Assembly (NCBI RefSeq): GCF_964204645.1
Contig: NC_134029.1
Span: forward strand, 20,454,950-20,518,949
Origin: Tubulanus polymorphus
Lineage: Eukaryota > Animalia > Nemertea
DNA: 64,000 nt
Direction: 5' to 3'
The position numbers were made by a program, and so were the translations under genes. Positions 12,066-26,600 of this stretch are shown piece by piece; position 1 is the first letter of the stretch, and each line of letters opens with the position of its first letter. The notes beneath the pieces are model-generated. The model ran no database searches. It was given only the letters and a program-made list of their open reading frames with translations, and had not been told where the DNA came from.

Positions 12066-13920
12066 TGGTTATATTTCTACGGATATCTCGGATTTATTTG
12101 TACCTACCATGATGCGGTGTCATCGGGGAAAAACCGATTTATGTCGCAATTTCGTGATTTTTCTTGCATTTAGGCTCGATAATGCACTGATGGAAACTAA
12201 TAGCCAGTAAATATGATGAATTTCGAATGTGCATTAGTCAACTATAGTCAACTATACTCGGGGTGCAAGGTTAGATTCGGAGATGTAATTTTTTTAGTCC
12301 TTCATTTCTAAAACTGCTGCTCAAATACGAATCTTGATTATGTGCTATAGCTATTGTGATGATGATAATGAAGAAACAATAAATGATTGTAAATCAAGCT
12401 GATGTTTTGACGCATTTCTTTATTCGGATCGGTGAAGCCTTTGGTGTGGACAACGTCATCGAGGAACCAAAGGATTAACGGAATTTTCAGCTGAAAAAAT
12501 CTCTGATCGATCAAAACTGGAGTATTTCAGTGTCACTATAGCTTGTGTTCCTGGACTTCTCAACTGATGTGACTCCACCTATAAGGACTTTTGCAGGGAC
12601 AGCTCTTAGGGTCTTAGTCGGGGAGGGGTGCACCCTAAAAAGGACATAATTAAAAGGGCACAAAAAAGCTCATCAGAAAACATATAGCCATTTTTTGCAA
12701 TGGGAAAAGTTGGAGAACAAGCTCATGACTCTAAACTTAGTTCTAGGTATCAGTTTGATATTCTAATTTTCCCGTAAAATTCTAGGGCAATATAACAATT
12801 ATAGGGGGTGCATTCCCCCCCATACCCCCTCGGATCCTCCTCAGATGTAGTAGAAGTTTGGGGGTAGTTGAAGTAGTTGCTGGGATATTGGAGTATTTTA
12901 ACGTACTATTCACCCTCAAACTTCAACTAACCCCTGTAAGACTGCACCCAGTTTCGTTGAACATGCCCTAAAGTACAAACACTGCCATATTGGCATAATT
13001 GATAACATGATGCTTTGTTAAGGTCTATAAAGTGTACACTTCTCGATAAGAGTACTTGATGGCTCAACCCTCAAAATTAATATAAAAACGAGTACTGTGA
13101 TGTCGGTTTCAAATTTTTCCATTCATAAGTTTTATTATTAATGATAATGAATGGCGTATCCCGCATTTTTATTGTTTGAGTTTGGCTACACAGGTGTTCA
13201 AAATTTTACTCACGTTGAACGCGTGCGTAAATTACAGTTATCTGATTGGTCAATCTTGGACTCATTCATAAAATCTATTCAAATATGCATGTATGCCCGA
13301 GTGGCGTGGCGCGTGTGAGCCCAAACATAGTGGAAACAAACGCAGGTGCTATGGAGAGGGGCCGAACACGTGCCCGCCATGCGCACCTGTCCTTAAAAAG
13401 GACCGTTTCAATGGGAGTTCCTTCGTGCATCATTCAAAATCAGTCCATAAATTTGAGACTAAGATAAAAGCGTTGATATTTGATATCGACCATAACGGAA
13501 CCCTAGCGTGTCTGCAACATTGTCAACTGGGCTTGGCAAACCGTATTTCCTGCGCGATCTTCAAGAGTACATGAAAAAAAATGGAAGCCTCAAAAGAACA
13601 AAGACAGGATATATATTATATGTATATAAATTTAGATCGTGCTGATGATATATTTTTCAAATCATGTCTCATGTTTTTTTTTTTCATGTTTCATGTTTCT
13701 TTTCTTTCCGATATTCTATAGAACGTTGCAAACCAACAGAGACAGTAGATTATCTACTTAGAGCTAGAAAGCTGAAATTCAAAAATGCATATATGGCACC
13801 GTTGTTTGATCTTAAAGTAAGGGATTGACCCTGTTATTTATTTTATTGGTAGATTTCGTCAGATATGATTTAATTAGGTTGTTGTCCCTTACAAACCCAC
13901 CACACATGCAGGGAAATAAA

Positions 13921-14040
13921 CCCCGGGGCCCAGTTTTATAGACTGGTATTAACTTTAACCCAGGGGCTACCCCAATTCATTTTCAATTGAGTTAACCCCC
14001 GGGTTAAAGTTAATACCAGTCTATAAAACGGACCCCGGGG
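13921..14040. mobile_element. Almost fully palindromic ~120-bp MITE (copy at 47563-47674, partial ~59780-59860)
   Basis: GTTTTATAGACTGGTATTAACTTTAACCC ... GGGTTAAAGTTAATACCAGTCTATAAAAC arms around a short spacer. Confidence 0.8.
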
Positions 14041-15883
14041 TTATAGTAACCGTTGTTGATGGAAATGTACTGAGAAGAAACATTAACACTTGTTCATGGT
14101 TTAATTCGCGATAAGAGTCATATACGTCAAGAATCGCTTACGTCAAGACCCTCGCGATGATGCCGGGGAGCAACGAACGGAAATTAGGTGCACTCTGGTT
14201 CAGTTCACAACGAAAACTGTCTATGGGGTATTAGGAAGAACCCTCCGTTTGGAAAGGCCCATATTCTCGCTCGGGTGATCGTTGGTATTTCGATACGTTG
14301 CGGAGTCGTCGGAAGGAATTTTTTCAGTGGCGAGGCTTATTTCTGAAGGGGGGCTGGGGCCATCCCCTAGAAAAATTTTGAAAATTCAATCGCCGGAGAT
14401 GCGTCTTGGGGCCACTTCACGGTCTCATTCACAGAAGCATGAGAAATCGTGAGCCAACAACCTAGTACAGCGAACGACGAGCTGCTACGCGGAACAGCGT
14501 GCTTTTGAAAAAAATTTTGTTAAGCAAAAAAGTGTTCCGACGGCCCTGCTGCAAACTACACATATATATCGCAAGTTACATTTGCAACAAATAGCTGGTT
14601 CCATTTTTGACAGGAACGGTAGGCCCTACTATTATTCAATGTATGAATTTCATATCAAATCGCCTAGGTAGGGGGTGGTGAGTGATTTGTACAACTGGGA
14701 AGCCACCGACCATTATACGATCAAATGTCGCTTGTCTCTCGTCTGTTCCTCAGCTGAGTCATTTGGGACCCAGACTTATTTTGGCCAGATCCAACCAGTC
14801 TCAAGGTTTACAATAATTTTACCGATCTGCATCTCACTTGTCCAGCTTTCATAATCGGAATGAAAACAGCAACTTGAATGGCCATGCTTTCGAATCCTCA
14901 TGTCTTTTTTTCCCGGATTATCTTCTGACTTCTCCCATAGTAAAACAGCCACAGAGCAACCAGACAAACCAACCGCGAGAAGGCACAACACAGACGACGA
15001 AAAAATCGAATATTATTTGATATCACAGTTTATTTTGCAAATGCGTACCACCATCATCAGTAGAAATATACAATATGTATGTTCACTATTAATATTAAAC
15101 AATGAAACTTTTAGGCAAACACAATATCATTACATACATATAAAGATGTAATCATGTCTTAGCACAGATACATAATTGATACAAGCTAATACATTACTCT
15201 CTTAATATCGTTATTATAGTATCGATTGATTAATAGTTATCAATAACTGATTGATTTCGGAAAATGGCGGCTACATTACGTAATAATAATATTATTTATA
15301 TTAATGTGAGTGTATTTTCACAGTCGCTATACAGTATTAGAGAATATTAATTTTCGTACATGGTCGAAATTACACTTTTACGCATCGTGATTTGGCTTGG
15401 ATGCGTAAATTCGAATCAAAACATCAGCCATGATTATTTGAATGAATACAATTCAAGTTCTGCTCTACTAAAAAGCTGGATAAAATAATGTCCTGTCGAG
15501 TTCACCGAAACTGCACTAATTCGCTTCGATTTTTTTACTATTAAAATAGAATTTGAAAAAACAATCTTTTTGTTTCGTCATATAACGCAGTTGCCGACTT
15601 ATAAAAAAAAATTACAGAAAATAAAATCATGATAAAAATATCGAAACAACACAAATATATGAAAACATCAACCGTATACATCTAACTTTCATGAACAGTT
15701 TCATATATTACTACTCAATACAAATTCTTTTTATGTCGGAATCTCTGGGGCTGGAGGTCAGTTGCCCAGTCCAGGCTTAGATCTACAGCCAATCTAGCAA
15801 CTTAAAACCAGTCTTATGATTTAAGAGCATTAGTCACAACTGCACAACTGAGCAAGTTCCATAGTCCTGGCTTTGACTTCAGT

Positions 15884-16120
15884 CAGGGTGTACTTAAGTT
15901 ATCACAGTTAGTCGACTATTTGCGAAATAAGTAAAACTGAATGCCAGTTAGTCGAAACTATAGTCCGGAAATAGTCGACCACTGGATTGACCATGGTCCC
16001 TGTTCAGACTTGATTCCAAGATGGCCGACACTATGAAATGTGTTAAGACCGAACTGTAGTGCATTCAGTTATTAGCTCCAATGACTAGTCGACTAACTAC
16101 GAAAACCGAAGTTCGCCCTG
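15884..16120. mobile_element. CAGGG-terminated MITE with AGTTAGTCGACTA subterminal repeats
   Basis: CAGGGTGTACTT...AGTTAGTCGACTA at left and TAGTCGACTAACT...AAGTTCGCCCTG at right; no TSD recognised. Confidence 0.55.
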
Positions 16121-16193
16121 ATAACATCTTGTGTGTAGCCAATCTAATAACTTAAAACCATTCTCAAGATTCAAGACTATTAAACAGACTCCT

Positions 16194-16322
16194 GGGTCCA
16201 GTTTCACAAAAAAGTTTAACTCAAATTTTTGGCTTTATTGCTATTGGTTACTTCATGTTTTCAATGAGACAACAATTAAACTTTAACCGTTTTTGGCTTA
16301 CACTTTTTCGTGAAATTGGGCC
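16194..16322. mobile_element. Second copy of the 11587-11719 MITE family
   Basis: GGGTCCAGTTTCACAAAAAAGTTTAACTC ... CTTTTTCGTGAAATTGGGCC aligns along its length with 11587-11719. Confidence 0.7.
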
Positions 16323-17416
16323 GTGAAGATTAATGTAAATCGCAATGAAGCTGGTTATCAATAAGAACCTCGCAAAAAAGATATCTTAAAAAAAAAAAAG
16401 AAGAAAAACCTCCGACAACAGTATCTAGAATCGACAACTTTCTACATAAAACTTTTGAAAGGTAATTTAGGAAATTTCGATACATAATAGTGTTCTATAT
16501 ATTGGGTAGAGATTTCTAAAACCAATTCATCAATACCAGCCTTTCAAAAATGGAGATGACTTCTTAATAATATACATCCCACACGCAAACACACACGTGG
16601 TCTAGTCCTTAAACTTAATTACTCAAATGTAACATATGCCCCTGACAAATAATACATATATGTACTGAACTATTTCAAGGTTAGTAGACTCGTCCTATTT
16701 CAGTCGATTCTTCCCTTAGGCGAATAATCAACTATACTTCTGATCTTTCCCGCCAGTTATACCAACCAGAAAGGCCTAAATATAAAAACTGTCGAGTAGT
16801 ATACAGTATAATTATCAAGTAAACCTGTTTTAAGAAGTTTAATATAGATTTGTTCAATACCATGTATAAGCCAATCTGAACGCTAAAACCCGTATACCTT
16901 AAAACCGATTATAAAATCGTCTGTTATCGTAAACAATTATCGTTAAGCCACTTTTCTTCTAATCATTTTCTCAGATATTTCACCAGCAATTCGGAATAAT
17001 TTCACCCTGCCGAGTAATCGCGGTTTTATTTTCGAAGCCAAGCTCGGATGAACTAGGCCTACGAGCGTAGTTACTACAAGCCCTCTACGCAAGGCTTTAA
17101 CCCGATGAGCCACTACATCGCGATTCGGCTAGCCTGATATCACGAATGAAAGCTATTTTACATCACATCGAAAATGACTTAAAAGTGAGAAATTCAGAAA
17201 TTTCGAATTTCGTAAATAACGATCTATTTTAGAAAGCAGAATTTTTCGAAACTCTTCAAATAGCGTATTGGTTCGACTACTATTGCTACGACGCTAGTTC
17301 TTTCTATCAATCGCTCGAAACTCAGCTTCACGCGAACGTGCACGGCGTAATTACAGTCGTTAATTAACTAATCAATTAGTAACTAGCATTAATTAATAGA
17401 TCAATTCCATAAACAT

Positions 17417-17536
<120 letters not shown>

Positions 17537-20037
17537 CACAAGTTCAGTGAACAACAACAATAACGATATCGCGACATCGAAACAAATATATACCAATTCA
17601 TCGAACGAACGTAGAAATTCAACATCGCGCACGACGCCGTGGAAACATTACGAATCGATATCAATTTTAAGAGTTCCGCTCTGTTTTTTTTTTGTCGTTT
17701 TGTCGAAAAAATCGTACAAACATAATATTCAACTATACAAAGTTTTTTTTTTATAGTTTACAGTTCATAATATACAGAGTACAGTTCGTTACGATTATAT
17801 CAATACTATCATAATATATAATAATCCGTCTTAAATATACGTTATATTTACATCATATTCGATAATAATATTGATAACATGTTTTTCGTGTATGAAAATT
17901 TACAAAATTTTACTTATAATAATATAATAATAATAATAGTAATAATGATGATAATAATAATAATAATAACTTTATTACACTAATCGTAAACTACGGTTCG
18001 TCGAATGAGAAAGTGAAGCGAAGTCGATATATTTAACAACCACGATAATGACAAGCGTTCGTTTGCACGCCTGCCCGCCTGCCCGCCCGCAAAGAGTTTC
18101 GAGAATGGAAGACTAAACAACATATTATTATCATCGATAAAGGATGGGAAAAACCGCTGAGAAAATTTGAAATATTACATCGCGTCGGGTAATTAACGTC
18201 TGAACAGGTGCGTTTTTCTTAATTCTCGTTTTTTTTTCTAACACCAACGTCTCTCTCTCTCTTTCTCCGGATCGATATTTCAGGGACATACGCATCGTAC
18301 ATACATCACGTACTACGTATAGTCGGGGCGGGCGGGCGGCGCGTTAGTTCGGAGAAAAAAAAAAAATCAATTGAAACCATCGGTGTCAAACTCGAACTAT
18401 ACAACAGTTTTTCGCATACACACCGGGCAGGCGCGCGCACGCGTACATATATACATATACAGACAGAGAGATGAAATGAGATACGATGATAAATGCAGGT
18501 TTATTTACAACAGGCGTGGGAATATTAATAATAATATCAATAAGTTGTGAAAGGCACTTTTAAAGTGATATCCAACTAACAATAGTCACACTGTAACCAC
18601 ATTTTTAGTGACGACGCGTTCATCGTTCTACCGCGCTACGTTACCGAACATATATCAAAAAAGATCCTCGAGATTATTATTATTTTTTTTTTTGTAGTAG
18701 TAGTGTTCAATTTATATATCGCGCTACAACAAGCTGCCTTAGGCCCTTGATATACATAATATATTACTATATATCACTGAGCGCGTCGTAGTTTAGAAAA
18801 TGTACGAAAATGAGAAATCATCTTAGAAAATCATAGAAAAACATTGTCGGTTTTTTTTGGCCGAGTGTCAAAACTCCCGATACCGGCTAGATTATCCTAC
18901 GGCGTAAACAACATATCGTAGTATTTTGGTATTTGTGGAGGCACGTGTATTACAAACTAATCAGCACATCAGAAATGGCCCCAGTCCAACGAGTGGTTAT
19001 TACACCTAACGACGTTAAAGGTCCTTCGCAGGTCCTAATCGCCTAACGTCCTAAGCAATCTAAGACCCCTCATAAGCGTTGACGTCGTCGTCGTCGGCGC
19101 TATATTTGCGAGAGATTTTCAGGAATTCGGATGATGGAAGATTGAAGAAAGACAACATTGCTGCGCCGCGTTGCGTGACGTCAGTTTGTGCAGCTGCGAC
19201 GAATAATACACGAAAACAAATAAGAATCGATATCACAAATTGTACGTATGACAGCTCTCGGTGTTGTTTAGTGTGTATAATAAAGTGATCAGTACCACTG
19301 CCAATTCAAAGTCATACATTTTACACGTAATACCCAATCGGACGCCCGTTTAAATAATACGACGATGATGACATCGTCACAATAAGTTTTAAACTACACG
19401 AATAAGTTTTACAAATACGCATATACATAGAAAAACCCTTCGTTCGTAGATATAACTCGAAACGACGTATTACGAACTAGTCAAAAATTCCGCGCCATAA
19501 AAACCCTCCCATTTGAATAATCTTCGCGAAAAAAAATGATATTTGGTGTATCATGCGTAGACCAGTTAGGGCTTCGATTAAACATTTCCTTAAATATCAA
19601 TCAAGAAATAATACAATAGTCTACTTATAAATTCTAGCTAGATAATTTGGCAACTACGACAATCTTCCTTCTCTTATAAGAGTCAACGAATAGAACTGAT
19701 CACGAAATATCATCAGAGGTCGACATACAAGTCATAGATATTCATAATATATAGTATACCGGTAGTCTATTATTAAAAGTTCGAATCCCGACTTAATCAA
19801 TAAACGACAACTAAAACGCGGATTAAAATAGAACTAATAAGGTGTTTAAAAAAAAAAAGAAGAGATTTATAGCACATATATATTTATACATATTATTCGG
19901 TCAAGTTTTCTATGAAATAACAATGTGTAAACGTTGAAATCGGTGTATACAGTTCGAAACCAAGTGGAAGGCGTTTAAAAACTGTCTGTGGGTGAGGTAT
20001 ACATGTAAAACAATGTATCTAGATACCTGTACATATA

Positions 20038-20077
<40 letters not shown>

Positions 20078-20668
20078 ACATCGTGAATGTACGGTTGGAG
20101 TTAAGTGTGCGCAAACACGGAGGAGGAGACGAGTATTCACTTAAATATAGAGTATTAACTAAACCTTACGACGATATATTCAAAGAAGATTTTAGAACGC
20201 CACACGAAAAAAATGCACAACCGGTTTTAATGGGTAAACCGCGTGCTTCCCCCTGCTGTCGTCTCTCCGGAGCTCTAGGTACTCGTCGTTCCGCGAAAAC
20301 TTCTTCCGACGCCCGAGCCGTTTCAAATGCAACACGTACGAAAATATTCTCTACATCGATCCGGGACTCCTACGAATGTTTAATTATCGCGCGGGCCCGG
20401 CATTTCTCAAAAACGAAGATCGGATTCAATTTTCGATACGCGCGAATCTAGTCGTAGCGACGTCTCTGCCGTAAAAACTGCACCACACAGTTCAAAAAGA
20501 TCGGAGTAACTTCGAACCGTCCAATATCACAACAATAACCTCTGCAGACGCTATCATTATCAATATATGAGATCTCATCATCGTCATTATCATCATCATC
20601 ATCGTCGTCGTCGTCGATGACATTATTTTCTAACCACCGGGTTTCGCGCCGCCGCGTCGCGACCGCGT

Positions 20669-23600
20669 TCACTTCGCCGTCGACGACGACGAATTCTTCG
20701 GCTCGTGTCGTTTGTTGTGCAACGCGAGGTGGTCGGAACGCGCGAAACATCGGTCGCAGATTTGACAGCGGAACGGCTTCGCGCCGGTGTGCTTGCGGAT
20801 GTGACGAGTCAGTTCGTCGGAGCGCGCGAAACGCCACTGACACGTCGGGAAATGACATCGATACGGCTTTTCACCTGGAGAATACAAAAACATGAAACCG
20901 TTGTTTAAAACATTCAGCGAAACATTAGAAAATGTTTAATCAGTTCATTGCCGATAACAGGGGTGAATGATGTAGGGGTGATTTCGAGGGTCCCGGTCCT
21001 GTCTTCCCATAAAGGTTGCCCTTTTCGTTAAGACAGGTATTGTAAAACCTGAAAATCATATGACGCTCATCCTCTCGCAAATTCCAACTTTTCAGGTGTA
21101 TTCATTCAAAGATATCTAAAACCGAGGATAGGACCCCCATTAGGGGCCTTTGACATGGCTGCTTTATCGAGATATGCCTTTTCTTTTCTTCTCGACCCAA
21201 TTTTCCTAGATACACCCCTGAATAAAAACTGATTACCGCGCGCAAAATCTTACGTCACAAGTATAACAAATATGAACTGGGAAAAGGTTCAGGTTTCGGC
21301 TGTGCATATTGGTCCACATGATTAGAAGATAACATAATCGTATATTTCATCACATTAATGAACTAAGATCGGATATTCAATTGTTAAACACTAGATACAG
21401 TATCTATCTAGCAAACCGGATGGTTGTCTAATATCCTAATACAACAAATACTAATTCAGTTAAAATTCATTCATATAGGTCTATATCATCTCTGGGATGG
21501 AGGGGTCATATTGTATAACCGATGTTTAAGCATTTAATCAAATCTGTGGAATGGATTAACTAGAAGAATGGATGATGCTAATCCGCAGATTAGTTAATCT
21601 ATTATGCTAAAACGAGGCCACCAAGAATTGCTACCTTATGCTTATTGATCACCGCTGACTGATATGTATTTGTATACGCCAACAACGAGTACATGTACGA
21701 AGGTGGTTAAATATTCAAGACAATTGGAGAATGAGAGCCATAAAAGTTGGTCAATGGCTGTTTAGTATGTTTAGTATATTTATCTCGCATGTAATACATA
21801 TATACATCAGGGCCAAATCCAAGTGTGTTCGAATGACAGGATACAGAAATTATACCTCCCGCTACCAGAAATTCCTTTCTTTTTTGATTTTCACAAAAGT
21901 GAACGTTCCACGACTCAATATCATGTATATTTATATCATGTGTGACATTTAAACAGTAAACGCCTTCTTTACCTGTATGAATGCGCTGGTGAGCTTTCAA
22001 ATGTGAACTTTTCGTGTAAGCCTTTAAACAACCTGCAATATACAAAATCGAGAAATTCATCAGTGAATATGAAGAGAATACGCGGAGACCTTTTTCGCAT
22101 AAACGTTATCAAAATAGATAGACATTTCAACCGTATCCTATAAGCACCTTTTAACCGCGGCGGTGCCGATGAAAATATTTTGATAATTTCTTAAAAAATT
22201 GTTCAACCTTTTTTTTATAACTTATATCGCAAGATAATCGACATGGACCGGTTGCGTAGTCATGGCTTAAACTTAAGACCAGTCTAAGACCAACTTAGTT
22301 CTATAGTCAATCTAACAACTTAAGACCAAACTTAAGATTTAAGGCCACTTTAAGCTACTACTGTGCCACTGGGTCTAGGTGATCTAGGTGATCTGGAATT
22401 TTGTCAAACTGAAAATAAAACTAGGGCATTGTGAAATGTTCAACTCTAGCACCAGATGTCACCGTAGGTCTCATTTATATTCGCCGGAGAAAATTGTGAA
22501 TGGCACGGAACGCTGGATTTATAAATAACTCAATAACTCGGCGTCAGTCTATCAGCATAATTTATGGAAACCTTCATTCAACAACAACAACAACAGTACT
22601 CACACTCACACTCACACTCACACTCACACTCACTCTATCACTCACATGAAAACATCAATAGCAGCTAAAATGAACCCGTTTTAGCAATGATAGGCCCAGT
22701 ACCCGTCGGTTCAGGCTCCGACCGCCTACGTCTGCAACCGACGCCGCTAGAGTATAGTCATTCGAGAATAGGGTTTTCATGCTGCTACTACCACAGAAGG
22801 TGCGTGTGATACGGCGCAATACGCCATCAGACCCGACTGCAATAGCCAAATACGCATACAGCAAGAAACACGCGAAACGAGAAACGCATTTGATATCTAC
22901 TCGGTGTTTACGCGTTACGACAAGCTCTCCCTTCGGCTCGGGACCTGATTTTGACAGTATCGCGGTGTCCCTGAGGTGTTTTGTTTCGTTGCCGGGATAC
23001 TGAAAATTGGGATCGGACAAACCAGGAATTTTGACACCAGGATTTTTGACACTAGATACTGATAATAAATAAAGTGCTTCGTAAGTCGTGTAAATTGAGA
23101 GTGAGCAGGAAACAGTACTTAGCAAATTTGCGCATTATTTTGAGAAACAATTGAGACCGTAGACATGGCATTTAAGCGTATTTCGAGGGAAACTATCCCT
23201 TCAAATCACAGTAAAAACAGCGCCACCTTCTCCCGCCACAAAGCAGATGAATGCCTAGAGGTGATGCCCGGTTTTCCCTTTCAAAACAAAAATTTCGAAA
23301 AAATCTTTTTCATTTCGAAAGTAGATATGGCAATAAAGCGGATTTCAAGGGAAACAGTCCCTTCCGATCTCGATCGCGGTAAACACGGCGCCGCTACCTT
23401 CACCCGCCACAACGCGGATTCACGCCTAGCGATGACGAGCCTGCGTCCACGAGCCCGCGTCCTAGTATCGGTCGGGTTTTTTTTTTTCATTTACGAAAAA
23501 AAAAATTTCGAAAAACATTTTTCACTTCGACAACTACGAACGGCGGCGTACTAATCATATATAGGTAGGTGATGATTTCCGTTGCCATGGTAGCAACAGA

Positions 23601-26600
23601 CGATAGACTGGAACGTATCAACTATCAACAACCAGAACGGCGGCGGAGATCTGTACAGCGTGTGTGCACGCTGGATCATTCGTTCGTTCGTTCGTTCGTT
23701 GCTTTCATGAATGAACGCTTTGCGGAAAGGGTTTCAACAAATAAAGATAAATGCGTTCGAATTATGATGCTACGTTTCGCACCGTTCATTTTCAGAATCT
23801 TTTAGCGGAGACGAACAGATGCAGGGTGGCCACTTCTATGTCACTTGCTTCTTCCCCGACTATTCCCCCCCCCCCGGATTTGATCTACTAATCCAATCAA
23901 TTAACACAGTCAAATACGTAAGACATAGACGAAAACTCTTTGATCTTATGCGCGCTCTATCGATCTCAACAAATTTTCCTGATTTATAGGATTTTTTAAA
24001 ACAAAATGGACGAATAAATATGTGTACACATGCCCCGGTTGCGCTTGTAAAGACCCTCGGAGAAGGTGAGTGCTTAACAAAATGGAAATTCGACGAATAT
24101 TGGGTCAGTCGTTATGCATCTAGGTCAAAACGATTTTCATTATAATACCCCTGTTGTGTCGTAGTCGGTCGAAACGATAAAGATAATATGCACACAAATC
24201 ATGAGCACGAAAAAAAAAACCGAACTCAAAACGAAAGATGATTGGTAATTTCGTTAGAAAAGCGCTGATGGAATAAGTGACAACAACAATCATAATTTTC
24301 CAGATTCGGTCGCTTAGTGATATTTCATAACAAACAACGCGCCGCGAATATTTCAGGCGTTCGCAGATAAAAATTATGTCTCGATTTCGTTCAGAATATT
24401 CAGAATCAGTATTCGTTTAGCTAATCAATTACGATAGAAAGTGAACAAATATTTTGAAATAATACACAACGCCGAAGAATTTTGAATAGGGGGGCAAAAC
24501 ATGCGAGGTCTAGTTGTGCGCATGTAGTTGTGCATGACCGCGAACACCATAGGTGCGTAGCCTCATACGTGGAGGGGGGATAGGGGTGATTGGGATTTGG
24601 CGGCCCTCCCGGTAGTCCCTTCAGAAAATTTAAAAAAAATAGATCACTTTCTAAGAGAACAAAATGACCAGCAAAAGTTTGCTACTGAATGCGTGCGCGA
24701 CTTTCTTAGGCCAGGTTGCGAAAAATGTTATCTCGGCAAAAAAATAGGGAGGGGGGCCTTTGGACCCAGCTGATGCCCGTATCACAGATATATTACTTTT
24801 TATAGGTACGCAATAAACAATCTAATCACATTAACCGATAGGTGTATATATATATATATATATATATATACACTATATATAAATTACTTATCGCAATTGT
24901 GCAAATTGATTCTATTGATACGATGTACTAAAATAATGCATTCGGTTTTCAATTAATGAATTGATACAAAGCGCACCTCGGTGCGTCACGACATGTTTTT
25001 TTCACGCGGGCGCGCTACGAAAATAAGTCTCAGCAGCGCGGACCTCGTCTCCGGTTGACGCGCGCGCGCGCGCGTTCGCGATCGATCGGGCGCAATCAAT
25101 GATGATTAGAATTATTGACATGTTTTTCGTTAAATGTTAATCAAGAAAAACGCTTTATCTATTAGCGCATTTATATTCGTCTAAAATAGCACACCGTATG
25201 AAAAATCACTTTCGTCACAAAGGTGTTGTCATAACAATTCTACATATACAAAAATATATATATATATAAATATCTATATATTATCATATAAATATCTATA
25301 TATTATCATATATAGACCAGAAATACAAGATGCGATACATCTTGTCATCTTGTATTTCTGGCCTCGAATTCACTGGGACCGATAATTTGTTGTCTAAGTT
25401 GGGCAAAAAATTTGAGTCGGAGACAATATTGCGATGGTTGTTCTAGGATTTCGTAGACTGTATTATGATTATTTAAACAGCGATCACGGTAAAAATAAAG
25501 TATCCGGCTTCGTTCTTCTTGCCTTTGTTTTCACATTCGATAAGTCTGCGTGTTGAATTAAAGTCCGAAACCTTGGCGTTACGCGCGTGTTAGTTATGTC
25601 TTCGAGATCCCGTCTAATTTATGCGACATTTAACTGTTTAGAGTTCGTTTAGATTTCAATAGCAGAAAACGGCGTTTTGTTTAGGAGACGGATCGCTGGA
25701 GGATGTACCTCAAATTTAGCATTTCCCATAGCGGGCATACATCAATCCTCTACCCACGGCACTAGGACGCTCGACCGACGCAAATATTACGAGAATTTGC
25801 CAGCCGCAAACGATGCGCTTTTTCTGTCAGGGAGGGGGCAACGATATGAACAATGCCATTCAAATTCGGACCGAGGCGTTAAATGTCAGCGAATAACCGG
25901 TATTTCCTAATATTAGAAATTAATAACACGCAGCGGGAGATCCACTTACGGCATTTAATTTTAGGTAAATCCTTCGCATTTTCTCGAAAAAGTTCATAAA
26001 CTAATTATCGAGCAGCGCCTCTGAGGAATCGAGCGCCCACTTCCGACACGAGCGCGGATTCTCTCTCTCTCTCTCTCGAGATCACTTTCCCTGAGTTTAA
26101 CAATCAATTAAATTCGACTAATTGGCCGGAGATGTATATCGCCATTGAGGGAGGACGAGCGGATCAAAGGTTTCATCGTCGTCATCATCATCGTTGTAAC
26201 AATTCATCGGCGGATTCAATCATACTTCGATGACACTAATTAGACATTAACAATTAGAAGAGAAGATTCTGCTTAATTACAACGCGTGATAGCAGGGCTG
26301 CAGGCGTAGCTACCGTCTGAAATCTAGCTCATCGACGGGGTACAGGCAACGCGGCTGTGACAAGTGAGGATTCCTACGGCCAGGTTCACCTGTTGCTCTG
26401 CATATCGCGCTTCAATTCCTTCTATATTTCAATTAAATTCGAGTATCGCATAAGAATGTCAATTTTTTTGTGAAATTATACACTGAGCGACAAAGCAAAA
26501 TATTTGAATTTGGAAACCTGAACATTGATTTCAAATTTAATTAAAAATGAACTGATTTTCAACCCAGTGTTTTGTGGCGCCTCCTGGCGAGAGTCGGTCC

